Source: an uncultured bacterium
Lineage (GTDB): Bacteria; UBA8481
Direction: 5' to 3'
DNA: 64,000 bases
Assembly: GCA_964499705.1 (NCBI GenBank)
Contig: CAZCME010000006.1
Location: forward strand, 124,001 to 188,000
Below the pieces are notes generated by a model. That model had not been told where the DNA came from. It ran no database searches and saw nothing but the letters and a program-made list of their open reading frames with translations. Within the stretch, counting starts at the first letter, position 1. Each line of letters starts with the position of its first letter. Both the position numbers and the translations under genes were made by a program. Positions 36,050 through 46,148 of the stretch are shown here, piece by piece.

Positions 36050-37612
36050 ATGAGCATATTCACGATCGTCAATCCTCCGGGAATCAAGACTTTCTCCTCA
36101 ATCCAGATGCAGACGCCCAATCCTCCCATCGGTTCGGCGTACATCGCGGCATCCTTGAAGAAAGCCGGCATTCCTTACAAGTGCATCGACGCGGTCGGCG
36201 AAGGCATGGACATCATCACCGCCTATTCGCAGAGATCCGACATGAAGATGCAGGGGCTCACGTACGATCAGATCGTCGAGCGGATCCCGAAGGATTCCGA
36301 CATCATCGGCGTCTCCTGCATGTTCTCCACGCTCTGGCCCATCACGCGGGAACTGTCCGTCAAGATCCGCGAAAACTTCCCGAACGCCGTCCTGGTCCTG
36401 GGAAGCGAACACGGCACCGCCGTCCCTGAAAACGTGCTCCGCAACAGCGTCTTCGACATAGTCGCTCTCGGAGAAGGCGTCGAGACCGTCCTGGAAATCT
36501 GCCGGGTCGTCCGCGAAAAGCCGGGATCGAAGGACGGCTGGAACGAGATCAAGGGCATCGCCTATCTCGACGGCGCGGGCACGTTCATCGACACGGGTCT
36601 GTCGCCGCGCAAGAGAAACGTGGATGAGATTCCGTGGCCGGACTGGGAATCTTTCCCGATCCGGGAATACATCGAGCGGCACCAGATCAACGGCGCCAAC
36701 ATCGGCCGCTCCATGCCGCTCCTGGCCACCTGGGGCTGCCCGTACCAATGCACATTCTGCTCCAATCCCGGCATGTGGACGCAGAGGTGGATCCCCCGGA
36801 ATCCAAAAGACGTCGTCGACGAGATGCAGCACTATCGCGACAAGTACGGCATCCAGAACTTCGACTTCCAGGACCTGACGGCGATGATCCGGCGGAGCTG
36901 GATCATCGATTTCACGCAGGAGCTCATCGACAGGAAGCTCGGCGTCACCTGGCAGCTCCCGTCCGGGACGCGCGCCGAGGTCTTCGACGCGGAAGTCGCG
37001 CGGCGCCTGTATGCCGCGGGACTGCGCCTGCTGTCGTTCGCTCCCGAGTCCGGTTCCGAGCGCATGCTGAAGCTCATCAAGAAGCAGGTCGACCTCCCGA
37101 AGATGCTCGGCGCGATGCAGCACGCCATCGACGCCAACCTGAAGCTCTCCTGTTTCATCGTGATCGGTTTCCCGGGCGAGACGCGGGAATCGATCGCGGA
37201 GACGATGTCGCTCGTCCGGAAGATGGCTCTTCTGGGAGTACACGACATCGCCGTGACGAAGTTCGTGCCGTATCCGGGCTCTCAGCTCTTCAAGGAACTG
37301 CAGGAGTCGAAGCACATCGAGCTCGACGATCAATTCTTCATCATGCCGATGGACTTCTACACGAAGAACGCGCCGTCGTTCGTCGACGGCATGTCCAGCC
37401 GCTACCTGTACTGGACGATGATGGAGATGTTCATGAACTTCTACGCAATCTCGATGCTCCGGCGCCCCTGGCGATTCGTGGAATCGGTCGTGAACGTCAT
37501 GCAGGGCGTGGAATCGACGCGTTTCGCCAAGTGGCTGAACGACATCTTCGTCGTTCGCCACAAATGGAACAAGCAGTACCGCAAGCTTGCCGCCACTCAT
37601 CCCAAGGGCTGA
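36050..37612 (+). CDS. B12-binding radical SAM protein
   Basis: PPIGSAYIAASL, GVSCMFS, LGEGVET, TWGCPYQCTFC, FAPESGS, IGFPGET. Confidence 0.92.
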   Translation: MSIFTIVNPPGIKTFSSIQMQTPNPPIGSAYIAASLKKAGIPYKCIDAVGEGMDIITAYSQRSDMKMQGLTYDQIVERIPKDSDIIGVSCMFSTLWPITRELSVKIRENFPNAVLVLGSEHGTAVPENVLRNSVFDIVALGEGVETVLEICRVVREKPGSKDGWNEIKGIAYLDGAGTFIDTGLSPRKRNVDEIPWPDWESFPIREYIERHQINGANIGRSMPLLATWGCPYQCTFCSNPGMWTQRWIPRNPKDVVDEMQHYRDKYGIQNFDFQDLTAMIRRSWIIDFTQELIDRKLGVTWQLPSGTRAEVFDAEVARRLYAAGLRLLSFAPESGSERMLKLIKKQVDLPKMLGAMQHAIDANLKLSCFIVIGFPGETRESIAETMSLVRKMALLGVHDIAVTKFVPYPGSQLFKELQESKHIELDDQFFIMPMDFYTKNAPSFVDGMSSRYLYWTMMEMFMNFYAISMLRRPWRFVESVVNVMQGVESTRFAKWLNDIFVVRHKWNKQYRKLAATHPKG

Positions 37613-37625
37613 GTTCTCCTTCTCC

Positions 37626-38402
37626 ATGAAGATCCCGGGCTGGCTTCACCTTCCCGCCGGCCCCGCCAGCCTCGACCTCGACAGCCCCGAAGGAGTCCAG
37701 GCGCGCGCGCGCATGATCCGCGACAAGGGGCTCCTCAAGAAATTCTACGAGAACTGCTATCTGCAGTTGCGCGATGCATCGACGGATTTTCCGGCGGGAC
37801 CGAGGATCGAGATCGGCTCGGGCGGAGGCTTCATCCGCGAGGTCATCCCCGGCGTCATCGAGACCGACGTGATGGAATCGTCCCATCCCCAGGTCGTCGC
37901 ATCCGGCATGAAGATCCCCTTCCGGTCGCAATCGCTCGCCGGACTCTATTCCCTTAACGTCATCCACCATATCCCCGATCCCGACGCGTTCTTCCGCGAG
38001 TTGGTCCGCACGGTCAAACCTGGCGGCGGCATCGTCCTCGTGGAGCCCGCGAACACGCCGATGAGCTCCTTCATCTTCCGGAATTTTCATCACGAGGACT
38101 TCGACACGTCGAAGGACTGGACGCTCCCGCCCGGCGGCGGCCCGATGTCCAATGCGAACCAGGCGATCCCTTGGATCATCTTCTTCCGCGACCGGGCTCT
38201 CTTCGAGAAAAAACACCCCGAGCTGAAGATCCGCTTCGTCCGGCATCACTCCTCCCTGGGTTACATTCTCTCCGGAGGCGTCTCCATGCGGCAGTTTCTT
38301 CCCACGTCCTTTTCCGGCGCCATCAGGACGACGGAGAGCCTGATGGGGGGGCTGCACAAGCTCTTCGGTCTCTTCATGACGATCAAGCTGAAGCGGGTGT
38401 AG
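37626..38402 (+). CDS. Class I SAM-dependent methyltransferase
   Basis: IEIGSGGGF, NVIHHIPDP, VKPGGGIVLVEP. Confidence 0.85.
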   Translation: MKIPGWLHLPAGPASLDLDSPEGVQARARMIRDKGLLKKFYENCYLQLRDASTDFPAGPRIEIGSGGGFIREVIPGVIETDVMESSHPQVVASGMKIPFRSQSLAGLYSLNVIHHIPDPDAFFRELVRTVKPGGGIVLVEPANTPMSSFIFRNFHHEDFDTSKDWTLPPGGGPMSNANQAIPWIIFFRDRALFEKKHPELKIRFVRHHSSLGYILSGGVSMRQFLPTSFSGAIRTTESLMGGLHKLFGLFMTIKLKRV

Positions 38403-39612
38403 AGAGCCCCTCCTCGTCCCGGAACGTGCGCTGGATTTCCTCCACGGATTCCCGGCGATCGATCAGCACCGCCACGCAATCCCGATCCAGTTTCGATTCC
38501 GCCATGCGCTTCAACGCCGTGAAGGCCTCGTCATTGCTCCAGGCCGCCTTGTAGGGCCGGGCGCTCGTCAGGGCGTCGAAGACGTCGGCGGCGGCCACGA
38601 TCCGCGCCTCCATGGGAATCTCCTCGCCCCGCAGACCATGGGGATATCCCAGACCGTCCAGCGTCTCGTGATGATCCTCCGCGATATGCCGGAGAAGGTT
38701 GACGCCTTCGAGGTTTTCGAAGCCGAAGGAGGCCATGATGGAGTCGATGATCTCGCGCCCCCGCAGGGTATGCGTCTTCATCACTTCGAATTCCTCGGGA
38801 TTCAACCGGCCCGGTTTCAGGAGAATGAGATCGGGGATCGCGATCTTGCCGACGTCGTGCAACGGGGCGAACAGGTAGATGCGCTCGATCATCTCGTCGT
38901 CGAGCGAATACGCCTCTTTACGCGAGAGATCCTGCGCGATCAATCGCGCGAATCGCGCCATCCTTTCAAGGTGGTTGCCCGTCTCCGGATCGTGAAAATG
39001 AACCATCCGGCTCGCCGACTTGAGAGCGGCCATCATGGTTCTCACATGGATGATCTCGGAGACGACGATTTCCGCGATCAGGTGCGCGTGCACGTCCAGG
39101 CGGGCGAGAACATCCGGAGCGAAACATCCCGGCTTCTCCGAATCAAAGAAGATGAAACCGAAGTTGATTCCCCGCGAGTGGATGGGAACGGTATAGCTCG
39201 CGCGATATCCTTCCTGCCGGATCCGCCTGGTATGGAGATGCGATCCCTCGTCGAAGAGGGACAGATCATGAACGACCCGTGGCCGGCCGCGCCGCAGGAT
39301 TTCGGCCAATCCCGGCGCGTGGTCCATGAGAGCCTCGTAATGCACCAGGGGATTATCGCGTTTCAGATTGCTCGCGATGAAGGTTTTAAGAAGCCCGGCT
39401 TTTTCATCGTAAAGCGACACGGCGACCCTGGCGATGAAATCGAACTGGCGATTCAGGTCGCCATGAATGAGCGAGAGCTTCTCGTTCAGGCTGGAAGCGC
39501 GGCCCAGTCCTTCGAGCGCGTCGTCATGGTCGTACAGGTCCTCGGGTTCATGCCTTGCCGATGCGGGTGCTTGCGGGCTTTCTATTTCGGAACAATTGCC
39601 GGTCGGATCCAT
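38383..39612 (-). CDS. GAF plus HD-GYP c-di-GMP phosphodiesterase
   Basis: ETGNHLERM, LHDVGKIAIPD, HHETLDGLGYPHGL, ADVFDALTSARPYK. Confidence 0.93.
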   Translation of the reverse strand: MDPTGNCSEIESPQAPASARHEPEDLYDHDDALEGLGRASSLNEKLSLIHGDLNRQFDFIARVAVSLYDEKAGLLKTFIASNLKRDNPLVHYEALMDHAPGLAEILRRGRPRVVHDLSLFDEGSHLHTRRIRQEGYRASYTVPIHSRGINFGFIFFDSEKPGCFAPDVLARLDVHAHLIAEIVVSEIIHVRTMMAALKSASRMVHFHDPETGNHLERMARFARLIAQDLSRKEAYSLDDEMIERIYLFAPLHDVGKIAIPDLILLKPGRLNPEEFEVMKTHTLRGREIIDSIMASFGFENLEGVNLLRHIAEDHHETLDGLGYPHGLRGEEIPMEARIVAAADVFDALTSARPYKAAWSNDEAFTALKRMAESKLDRDCVAVLIDRRESVEEIQRTFRDEEGLSTPASA

Positions 39613-39696
39613 TTTTTAATTCCACGCTTGATTATAGCAAGGGGGAACTCAGGTCCGTTGTGAGGAAGTGGACACGCGGATAAAAAGCGATTGAGG

Positions 39697-41091
39697 CTAG
39701 TGTCCGGCGCCGTCCTTCAGGGCCGCCGAGACCTTCAATAGCGACTGCTTCGCGTCGCCGAAGAGCATCATGGTCTTCGGCGCGGCGTAGAGCTCATTGT
39801 CGATCCCGGCGAAGCCGGGATTCATGGACCGCTTCAGGCAGACGCAGGCGCGCGCCAGCTCGCAGTTGAAGACAGGCATGCCGTAGATGGGGCTTTTCGT
39901 GTTCGTCTTCGCGGCGGGATTGACGACGTCGTTCGCGCCGACCACGAGAACGACGTCGGTGTTGGCGAAATCGTCGTTGATCTGGTCGAGATCGTACAGC
40001 TGGTCGTACGGGACGTTGGCTTCCGCCAGGAGCACATTCATATGGCCGGGCATGCGGCCCGCGACCGGATGAATCGCGTACCGCACCTGCGCGCCGTTTT
40101 TTTCCAGGAGATTGGCGACCTCCCGGACGACGTGCTGCGCCTGCGACGTCGCCATGCCGTAACCGGGCACGACGATCACCGAGGAGGAATGCTGCAGGAT
40201 TTCCGCGACATCCTCGGGCGTGGCCTCGTTGACGGAGGCGCCGGGCGCGGCGGTTGCGAGTTGTCCCGCGACCGGCTCGCTGCCGAACGCGCCGAAGATG
40301 ACATTCGTGAAGCTCCGGTTCATCGCCTTCGACATGAGCAGCGCGAGAATGAATCCCGAGCCGCCGTCGAGCGCGCCGCAGATGATGAGGACGTTGTTGT
40401 TCAGGGCAAATCCGGACGCGGACGCCGCGAGCCCGGCGTAGGAATTGAGGAGACAGATGACGACCGGCATATCCGCGCCGCCGATCGGCAGCACGAGGAG
40501 TATTCCCAGAAGGAACGCGATCGCGGACATGATGTAGAAGAGCGTCGTCATGCTCGAATCGACGAAGATGAGACCGAGCGTCATGGCGACACCGGCGAGC
40601 ATGAGCCCGACCGTGACGAGGTTCTGGCCGGGGAACGTCAGCGGACGGCCGGGCAGGATGCCCTGGAGCTTACCGAAGGCCATGAGGCTTCCCGTGAACG
40701 TGATGGCGCCCAGGAGCACCTCGAAGCCCGTGGCCGTCATGTGGAGCTTGTCGAGATGGCCCGCATGGCGGATGTATTCGACGACGCCGACGAGCGCGAC
40801 CGCCAGGCCGCCGAAGGCGTGCGACAGAGCGATCCGTTCCGGCATCTTGGTCATGGGAATCTTCAGGCCCATCGGAACGCCGATGATGGTGCCGAGAATG
40901 AGTCCGCCGATGATCCATTCGTAGCGGATAATCTCCTCGTTCAGGAGCGTGCCAATGACCGCGATGAGCATTCCGACAGCGGCCATCGTCGTGCCGCGGC
41001 GGGCGGAATCCGGATGCGTCAGGTCGCGAAGCCCGAGGACGAAGAGGAGCGACGCGGTCAGGTACGCGAGATGGATGAGCGTGATGTTCAT
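39697..41091 (-). CDS. pntB: NAD(P) transhydrogenase subunit beta
   Basis: PIGGADMPVVI, AMNRSF, VPGYGMA, HPVAGRMPGHMNVLLAEA, GANDVVNPAA. Confidence 0.98.
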   Translation of the reverse strand: MNITLIHLAYLTASLLFVLGLRDLTHPDSARRGTTMAAVGMLIAVIGTLLNEEIIRYEWIIGGLILGTIIGVPMGLKIPMTKMPERIALSHAFGGLAVALVGVVEYIRHAGHLDKLHMTATGFEVLLGAITFTGSLMAFGKLQGILPGRPLTFPGQNLVTVGLMLAGVAMTLGLIFVDSSMTTLFYIMSAIAFLLGILLVLPIGGADMPVVICLLNSYAGLAASASGFALNNNVLIICGALDGGSGFILALLMSKAMNRSFTNVIFGAFGSEPVAGQLATAAPGASVNEATPEDVAEILQHSSSVIVVPGYGMATSQAQHVVREVANLLEKNGAQVRYAIHPVAGRMPGHMNVLLAEANVPYDQLYDLDQINDDFANTDVVLVVGANDVVNPAAKTNTKSPIYGMPVFNCELARACVCLKRSMNPGFAGIDNELYAAPKTMMLFGDAKQSLLKVSAALKDGAGH

Positions 41092-41438
41092 TTTTTGCGA
41101 CCCCCAGGGATGGGGGAAGTGTCGCGAGAGTCCACGGATGGACGGAGCGACCCGGGTTTCTTCCGGAACATCTTGAGCATCCTGTCGGTGATGAGGAATC
41201 CGCCGACCACGTTGATCGTCGCGGCCGTGACGGCGACAAAGCCGAGCGTCGTCGCGAGGTCGCCGTACTTGCCGCCGGCGGCGACAAGCGAGCCCACGAG
41301 CGATATGCCGGAGATGGCGTTCGTGAAGGACATAAGAGGAGTATGGAGGAGCGGCGGCACCTTGGAGATGACCTGGTAGCCGACGAAGACAGCGAGCATG
41401 AAAACATAGAGGCCGAAGATGAGCGTTTCAGACATCAC
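41088..41438 (-). CDS. pntAB: NAD(P) transhydrogenase subunit alpha, membrane part
   Basis: VPPLLHTPLMSFTNAISG, NVVGGFLITDRMLKMF. Confidence 0.96.
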   Translation of the reverse strand: MMSETLIFGLYVFMLAVFVGYQVISKVPPLLHTPLMSFTNAISGISLVGSLVAAGGKYGDLATTLGFVAVTAATINVVGGFLITDRMLKMFRKKPGSLRPSVDSRDTSPIPGGRKK

Positions 41439-42556
41439 TTCGCACCCAGCGCTTCCCTGACCTTGGCGTTCACGATCTCACCATCCTTCACGATCACGCA
41501 CCCGGCGGCGATCTCCTCGGCGAGATCCCACTTCCACGCGCCTTCCTTGGTCAGAAGGTGCGTCAGCAATTTCTCCATGTTGCGCGAATACAGAAGGCTC
41601 GCGTGCAACGCCATGGTGGAGGGAATATTCATGTGGCCGATGATCGTGACATCGTCGGCGATGACTTCCTCGCCCGGCTTGGTCCACTCGCAGTTGCCAC
41701 CCTGCTCCGCGGCCAGGTCGACGATGACCGAGCCCGGCTGCATCGCGCGGACCATATCGCCCGTGATGAGCGTCGGCGCCTTCTTCCCGGGAATCAGCGC
41801 CGTCGTCACGACGACGTCCGATTTCGCGATGTGCGCCGCGATGAGAGCCTTCTGCTTCTTCTGATAATCCTCGGATGTCTCCTTGGCGTAACCGCCCGAG
41901 CCGGCGCCGTCCTCCGCCGCTTCGACGGCGATGAACTTCCCGCCCAGCGATTCCACCTGCTCCTTCACCACCGCGCGGACATCGAAGACCTCGACCACGG
42001 CGCCCAGCCTGCGCGCCGTCGCGATCGCCTGGAGCCCGGCCACGCCGGCGCCGAGAATAAGGACCTTGGCCGGAGGAATCGTGCCGGCGGCGGTCATGAG
42101 CATCGGGAAAAACTTCGGCAGGCGTTCCGCCGCCATGAGGACCGCCTTATAGCCGGCGAGGTTCGCCTGGGAAGAGAGCGCGTCCATCGATTGGGCCAGG
42201 GTGGTTCGGGGAATCATGTCGACGGAGATGGCCGTCGCCTTGCGGGCCGCGAGCGCGCGGACCAGATCGTGCTGTAGAAGCGGATACAGGAAGGAGATGA
42301 GGACGGCACCGCTTTTCACGCGCGCCACTTCCGAATCCGACGGCGGCCGAACCTTGACGACGAGTTCGGCCGCCCAGGCATCGCCCTCTTCCGCTCCCGC
42401 GTTCCGATATTGCTCATCCGTGAACGACGCCAGCACGCCCGCGCCGGGTTCCACGACGAACTTGTGACCCTTCTTCGAGAGCTTGGCGACCGTCTCCGGC
42501 GCAATCCCGACGCGCGCTTCGCCGGTCGTCGACTCCCTGGGAATTCCTATAATCAT
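41435..42556 (-). CDS. pntAA: NAD(P) transhydrogenase subunit alpha, NAD-binding part
   Basis: AQSMDALSSQANLAGYKAV, GAGVAGLQA, VTTALIPGKKAP, DLAAEQGGNC. Confidence 0.97.
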   Translation of the reverse strand: MIIGIPRESTTGEARVGIAPETVAKLSKKGHKFVVEPGAGVLASFTDEQYRNAGAEEGDAWAAELVVKVRPPSDSEVARVKSGAVLISFLYPLLQHDLVRALAARKATAISVDMIPRTTLAQSMDALSSQANLAGYKAVLMAAERLPKFFPMLMTAAGTIPPAKVLILGAGVAGLQAIATARRLGAVVEVFDVRAVVKEQVESLGGKFIAVEAAEDGAGSGGYAKETSEDYQKKQKALIAAHIAKSDVVVTTALIPGKKAPTLITGDMVRAMQPGSVIVDLAAEQGGNCEWTKPGEEVIADDVTIIGHMNIPSTMALHASLLYSRNMEKLLTHLLTKEGAWKWDLAEEIAAGCVIVKDGEIVNAKVREALGAK

Positions 42557-42660
42557 CGGGGGATCATAGGCGTCCGGGAGCGACGCTGCAAGACAAGGAT
42601 GGATGATGAATCATGAAGAATGAAAGAAACGTTCGAGGCTTGATCGCACTGCTGCATCCA

Positions 42661-44577
42661 TCACAGTTCATCCACGCGGCTGTCCGCCTGCATCTTTTTT
42701 AGAAACTCTTCGATTGACATCGCTCCGAGATCGCCTTCCTTGTGCCTGCGGACCGACACCGTGCTCGCTTCCGCATCGCGCTCGCCCAGCACGAGCATGT
42801 ACGGGATCTTCATCATCTCCGCTTCGCGGATCTTCTTCCCGATCTTCTCGGACCCCGTGTCGATCTCCACGCGGTATCCGTGTCCCCGCAATCCCTCGGC
42901 GATGCCTTCTGCGTACGGAATCGACTTGTCGGTCACTGTGAGGACGCGCACCTGTATCGGAGCCAGCCACAAGGGAAACGCGCCGGCGTAATGCTCGATC
43001 AGAATCCCGATAAAACGCTCGAGCGAGCCGAGAATGGCGCGATGGAGCATGACCGGGACGTGCTTCGCGTTGTCTTCGCCCACGTATGTCGCGCCGAGCC
43101 GTTCCGGCATGGAAAAGTCGACCTGGATCGTGCCGAGCTGCCAGACGCGACCGATCGCGTCCGGCACCGAAAACTCGATCTTCGGGCCGTAGAACGCGCC
43201 TTCGCCCGGATTGATCTTGAACTCCAGGCCGATGCGATGCATCGCGTCCTCGAGCGCCTTCTCCGCCTTGTCCCACACCTCGTCCGCTCCGATCCGTTTC
43301 TCGGGACGGGTCGCGATCTTGACGATCACGTCGTGGAAACCGAAGTCGGCGTAGATCTTCTGCAGCAGCCGGACGAAGCTCTCGACCTCGGACCCGATCT
43401 GATCCTCCGTGCAGAAAATATGCGCGTCGTCCTGGACGAAGGCGCGGACGCGGAAGATGCCGTGCAGCGTGCCGGAAGGTTCGTTCCGATGACAGGAGCC
43501 GAACTCGGCGAGGCGAAGCGGGAGATCGCGGTAGGAATGGTGTGTCGCATTGAAGATGAGGATGTGGCCGGGACAGTTCATCGGCTTGACCGCATACTGG
43601 CGGTTCTCCGTCTCGGTCGTGAACATCAGCTCGCGGAACTTCTCCCAGTGGCCCGATCGTTCCCAGAGCGACCTGTCGAGAATCTGCGGGCCGCGAACCT
43701 CCTTGTATCCCGCGTCCGCGAGATGACGGCGGATATAATCCTCCAGGACGCGCCAGATCGTCCAGCCCTTCGGATGCCAGAAAACGGATCCCGGCGCCTC
43801 CTCCGCGATGTGAAAGAGATCGAGCTGTGTCGCGAGCGCGCGATGATCACGCTTCCTCGCTTCCTCGAGCCGGGCCAGGTACGCATCCAGGTCGGCCCGT
43901 GTCCGCCATGCCGTTCCGTAGATCCTCTGCAGCATCGGCCTCGTCACATCGCCGCGCCAATAGGCGCCCGCCACTTTCAAAAGCTTGAAGGCCTTGACGC
44001 AGCCGGTATCCGGAGCATGCGGGCCGCGGCAGAGATCCGTGAAGGTATCCTGAGTGTACGTGGAAAGTTCCGCATCCTTCGGCAGATCCCGGATCAGCTC
44101 CTCCTTGTACGTATCCCCCTTGAAGAACTCGAGGACGTCCTCCCGCGGCACGACGCGCCGCTGAATAGGAAATTTCCCCCTGATGATCTCCGCCATGCGC
44201 GCCTCGATCTTCTCAAGGTCTTCCGGCGTGAAGGGCTTGTCGATATCGATGTCGTAGTAGAATCCGTCGTCGATGACCGGCCCGATCGCGAAATACGGTT
44301 TTCCGCCGGGCGTGCCTCCGAAGACCTCCCGGACGGCCTGCGCCATGATGTGAGCGCAGGTGTGCCGCAGGAGAGCCAGGGCTTCCTCGTCCTTTTCGAA
44401 GACGAATTTCAACGGTCCTGATGCGTGCAGCCCGGTCTGCATGTCATAGAGCGTATCGCCGACGACTCCTCCCAGCGCGCGCTGAAACCGCGGGCCGAGC
44501 GTTTCAGCCACGCCGGCCAGCGTGACGCCGTCGGGAAATTCGCGGACGGAATCATCGGGGAACGTGAAGGCGAGCAT
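42661..44577 (-). CDS. thrS: Threonine--tRNA ligase
   Basis: RHTCAHIMAQAV, DLCRGPH, RDHR, KPMNCPGH, GEGAFYGPKIE, HRAILGSLERF. Confidence 0.99.
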   Translation of the reverse strand: MLAFTFPDDSVREFPDGVTLAGVAETLGPRFQRALGGVVGDTLYDMQTGLHASGPLKFVFEKDEEALALLRHTCAHIMAQAVREVFGGTPGGKPYFAIGPVIDDGFYYDIDIDKPFTPEDLEKIEARMAEIIRGKFPIQRRVVPREDVLEFFKGDTYKEELIRDLPKDAELSTYTQDTFTDLCRGPHAPDTGCVKAFKLLKVAGAYWRGDVTRPMLQRIYGTAWRTRADLDAYLARLEEARKRDHRALATQLDLFHIAEEAPGSVFWHPKGWTIWRVLEDYIRRHLADAGYKEVRGPQILDRSLWERSGHWEKFRELMFTTETENRQYAVKPMNCPGHILIFNATHHSYRDLPLRLAEFGSCHRNEPSGTLHGIFRVRAFVQDDAHIFCTEDQIGSEVESFVRLLQKIYADFGFHDVIVKIATRPEKRIGADEVWDKAEKALEDAMHRIGLEFKINPGEGAFYGPKIEFSVPDAIGRVWQLGTIQVDFSMPERLGATYVGEDNAKHVPVMLHRAILGSLERFIGILIEHYAGAFPLWLAPIQVRVLTVTDKSIPYAEGIAEGLRGHGYRVEIDTGSEKIGKKIREAEMMKIPYMLVLGERDAEASTVSVRRHKEGDLGAMSIEEFLKKMQADSRVDEL

Positions 44578-44583
44578 GAAAAG

Positions 44584-45873
44584 TTAGATTTCTGTTCCGT
44601 CGGGAACGATGGCGCGCCTCGGAATGATCGTGATGCCATCGCGGATGTAGTAGCACGCTCCATCGCGGTCCGGCTTGTCCGACTGCTTCCTGATCTTCAC
44701 GTTCTCGCCGATGCGCGCTCCCTTGTCGATGATCGCTCCCTCGATGATGGAGCCGGGACCGATGCCGATATCGGGCCGGCCCATCCGGATGTTCTCCTCG
44801 CGCTCGAGCCTGCCCTCCATGTCGTCGGCGCCCATCATGTACGTGTCCCGCAGGATCGCGCCTTCGCGTACGATCGATCTGTCCGACAGGACGCACCTGT
44901 TGATCTTGCAGTCCTCGTAGAAGCCGCCCTCCGAAATGAGCGATGAAATGATGGAGGCGTTCTCGATCTTGGTGGGCGGCAGGAACCGGGGGCGGGTGTA
45001 GATCGGCGCCTGCGGATCGAAGAAGGAGAACGGCGGCGGACGACGAGTGAGTTCCATGTTCACATCGTAGAACGCCTTGATCGTCCCGATATCCTCCCAG
45101 AAACCCGCGAACGGGTACGCGAACATCCTGTGCTTGGCGATATTCGCGGGAATGACTTCCTTCCCGAAATCGATCTGGCTGCGATCGTCGAGCGCCTTGC
45201 GGAGCGAGTCCGCATTGAAGAGATAGATCCCCATGTTGGCCATGTAGAGCTTGTGGGATTCAGGCTTGAAGCCGCAACGCTCGAGCGCCTTCGGATCCGC
45301 CTTCATCTGGTCCAGGAGCGCGGGTTCCTTCGGCTTCTCGACGAACTGGACGACGCGGAGCTTCTCGTCGACATGCATGAGCCCCATCGACGGCGCGATC
45401 TCGCGCGACACGGGGTGCACGCAGATCGTGACCTCCGCCTGGTTCTCCCGGTGAAACTTGATGAGCTCCCCGAAGTCCATGCGGTACAACTGGTCGCCGG
45501 AGAGAATGATGACGAGTTCCGGATCGGGCGCGAGGATGTACCGGAGGTTCTGCCGGACCGCGTCCGCGGTTCCCTGGTACCAGTCCGTGTTGTCGATCGT
45601 CTGCTCCGCCGCCATGATCGCGCAATAGCCCTCGGAGAAGCTGTCGAACCTGTAGGTGCGCTCGATGTGCCTGTGCAGCGACGCGGTGTTGAACTGCGTC
45701 AGGACGAAGATCTTGTTGATCCCGGAGTTGATGCAGTTGGAGATGGGAATATCGATCAGCCTGTAGCGCCCTCCAATCGGCACCGCGGGCTTGCATCGCC
45801 CTTGAGTCAGGGGAAAGAGCCGGACACCCTTGCCGCCGCCCATGATGACGGAGACGATCTGTTTGTAGCGCAT
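44584..45873 (-). CDS. glgC: Glucose-1-phosphate adenylyltransferase
   Basis: MGGGKGVRLFPLT..RCKPAVPIGGRYRLIDIPISNC, WYQGTADAVRQN, LSGDQLY, WEDIGT. Start at MRYKQ, supported by TTTACT-N17-TACATT-N6-ATG. Confidence 0.96.
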   Translation of the reverse strand: MRYKQIVSVIMGGGKGVRLFPLTQGRCKPAVPIGGRYRLIDIPISNCINSGINKIFVLTQFNTASLHRHIERTYRFDSFSEGYCAIMAAEQTIDNTDWYQGTADAVRQNLRYILAPDPELVIILSGDQLYRMDFGELIKFHRENQAEVTICVHPVSREIAPSMGLMHVDEKLRVVQFVEKPKEPALLDQMKADPKALERCGFKPESHKLYMANMGIYLFNADSLRKALDDRSQIDFGKEVIPANIAKHRMFAYPFAGFWEDIGTIKAFYDVNMELTRRPPPFSFFDPQAPIYTRPRFLPPTKIENASIISSLISEGGFYEDCKINRCVLSDRSIVREGAILRDTYMMGADDMEGRLEREENIRMGRPDIGIGPGSIIEGAIIDKGARIGENVKIRKQSDKPDRDGACYYIRDGITIIPRRAIVPDGTEI

Positions 45874-46148
45874 GGATAAAATGTAGAACAGGCAGGGAGA
45901 AAAGTAAAGGCGGCTCCCACGGACTAGAACTTCCCCACCCAGTGGCGGGAAATTAACAGGATGGGCAAGAGGAGCAGGTTTATTGGGTTGTAGGACGCGA
46001 TTGCGAATGCGATTTTGGCGCATGTCCAGCATTAATTCTCCTGAAGAGAGAAAAGAAAATCCCTCCCCGGGAGCAAGGGCGGACGTAACCGAGGACTGCC
46101 GGGCAAAAAGTCGATATCCGGAAGGCGCATTGCTGATATGATTTTCGC

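Noticed and set aside
39697-42556. Split transhydrogenase alpha subunit
   Set aside because: The three-gene pntAA-pntAB-pntB layout is a well-known normal arrangement, not a pseudogene.
22781-44421. Long antisense ORFs opposite the radical SAM, ilvD, pntB and thrS genes (22781-24286, 28871-30343, 36098-37627, 40042-41379, 42742-44421)
   Set aside because: Each mirrors a well-supported gene and shows no recognisable protein features.
45920-46130. Possible riboswitch or ncRNA in the glgC-rlmI intergenic region
   Set aside because: GC-rich stems are present, but I recognised no Rfam consensus. An Infernal cmscan would be needed.
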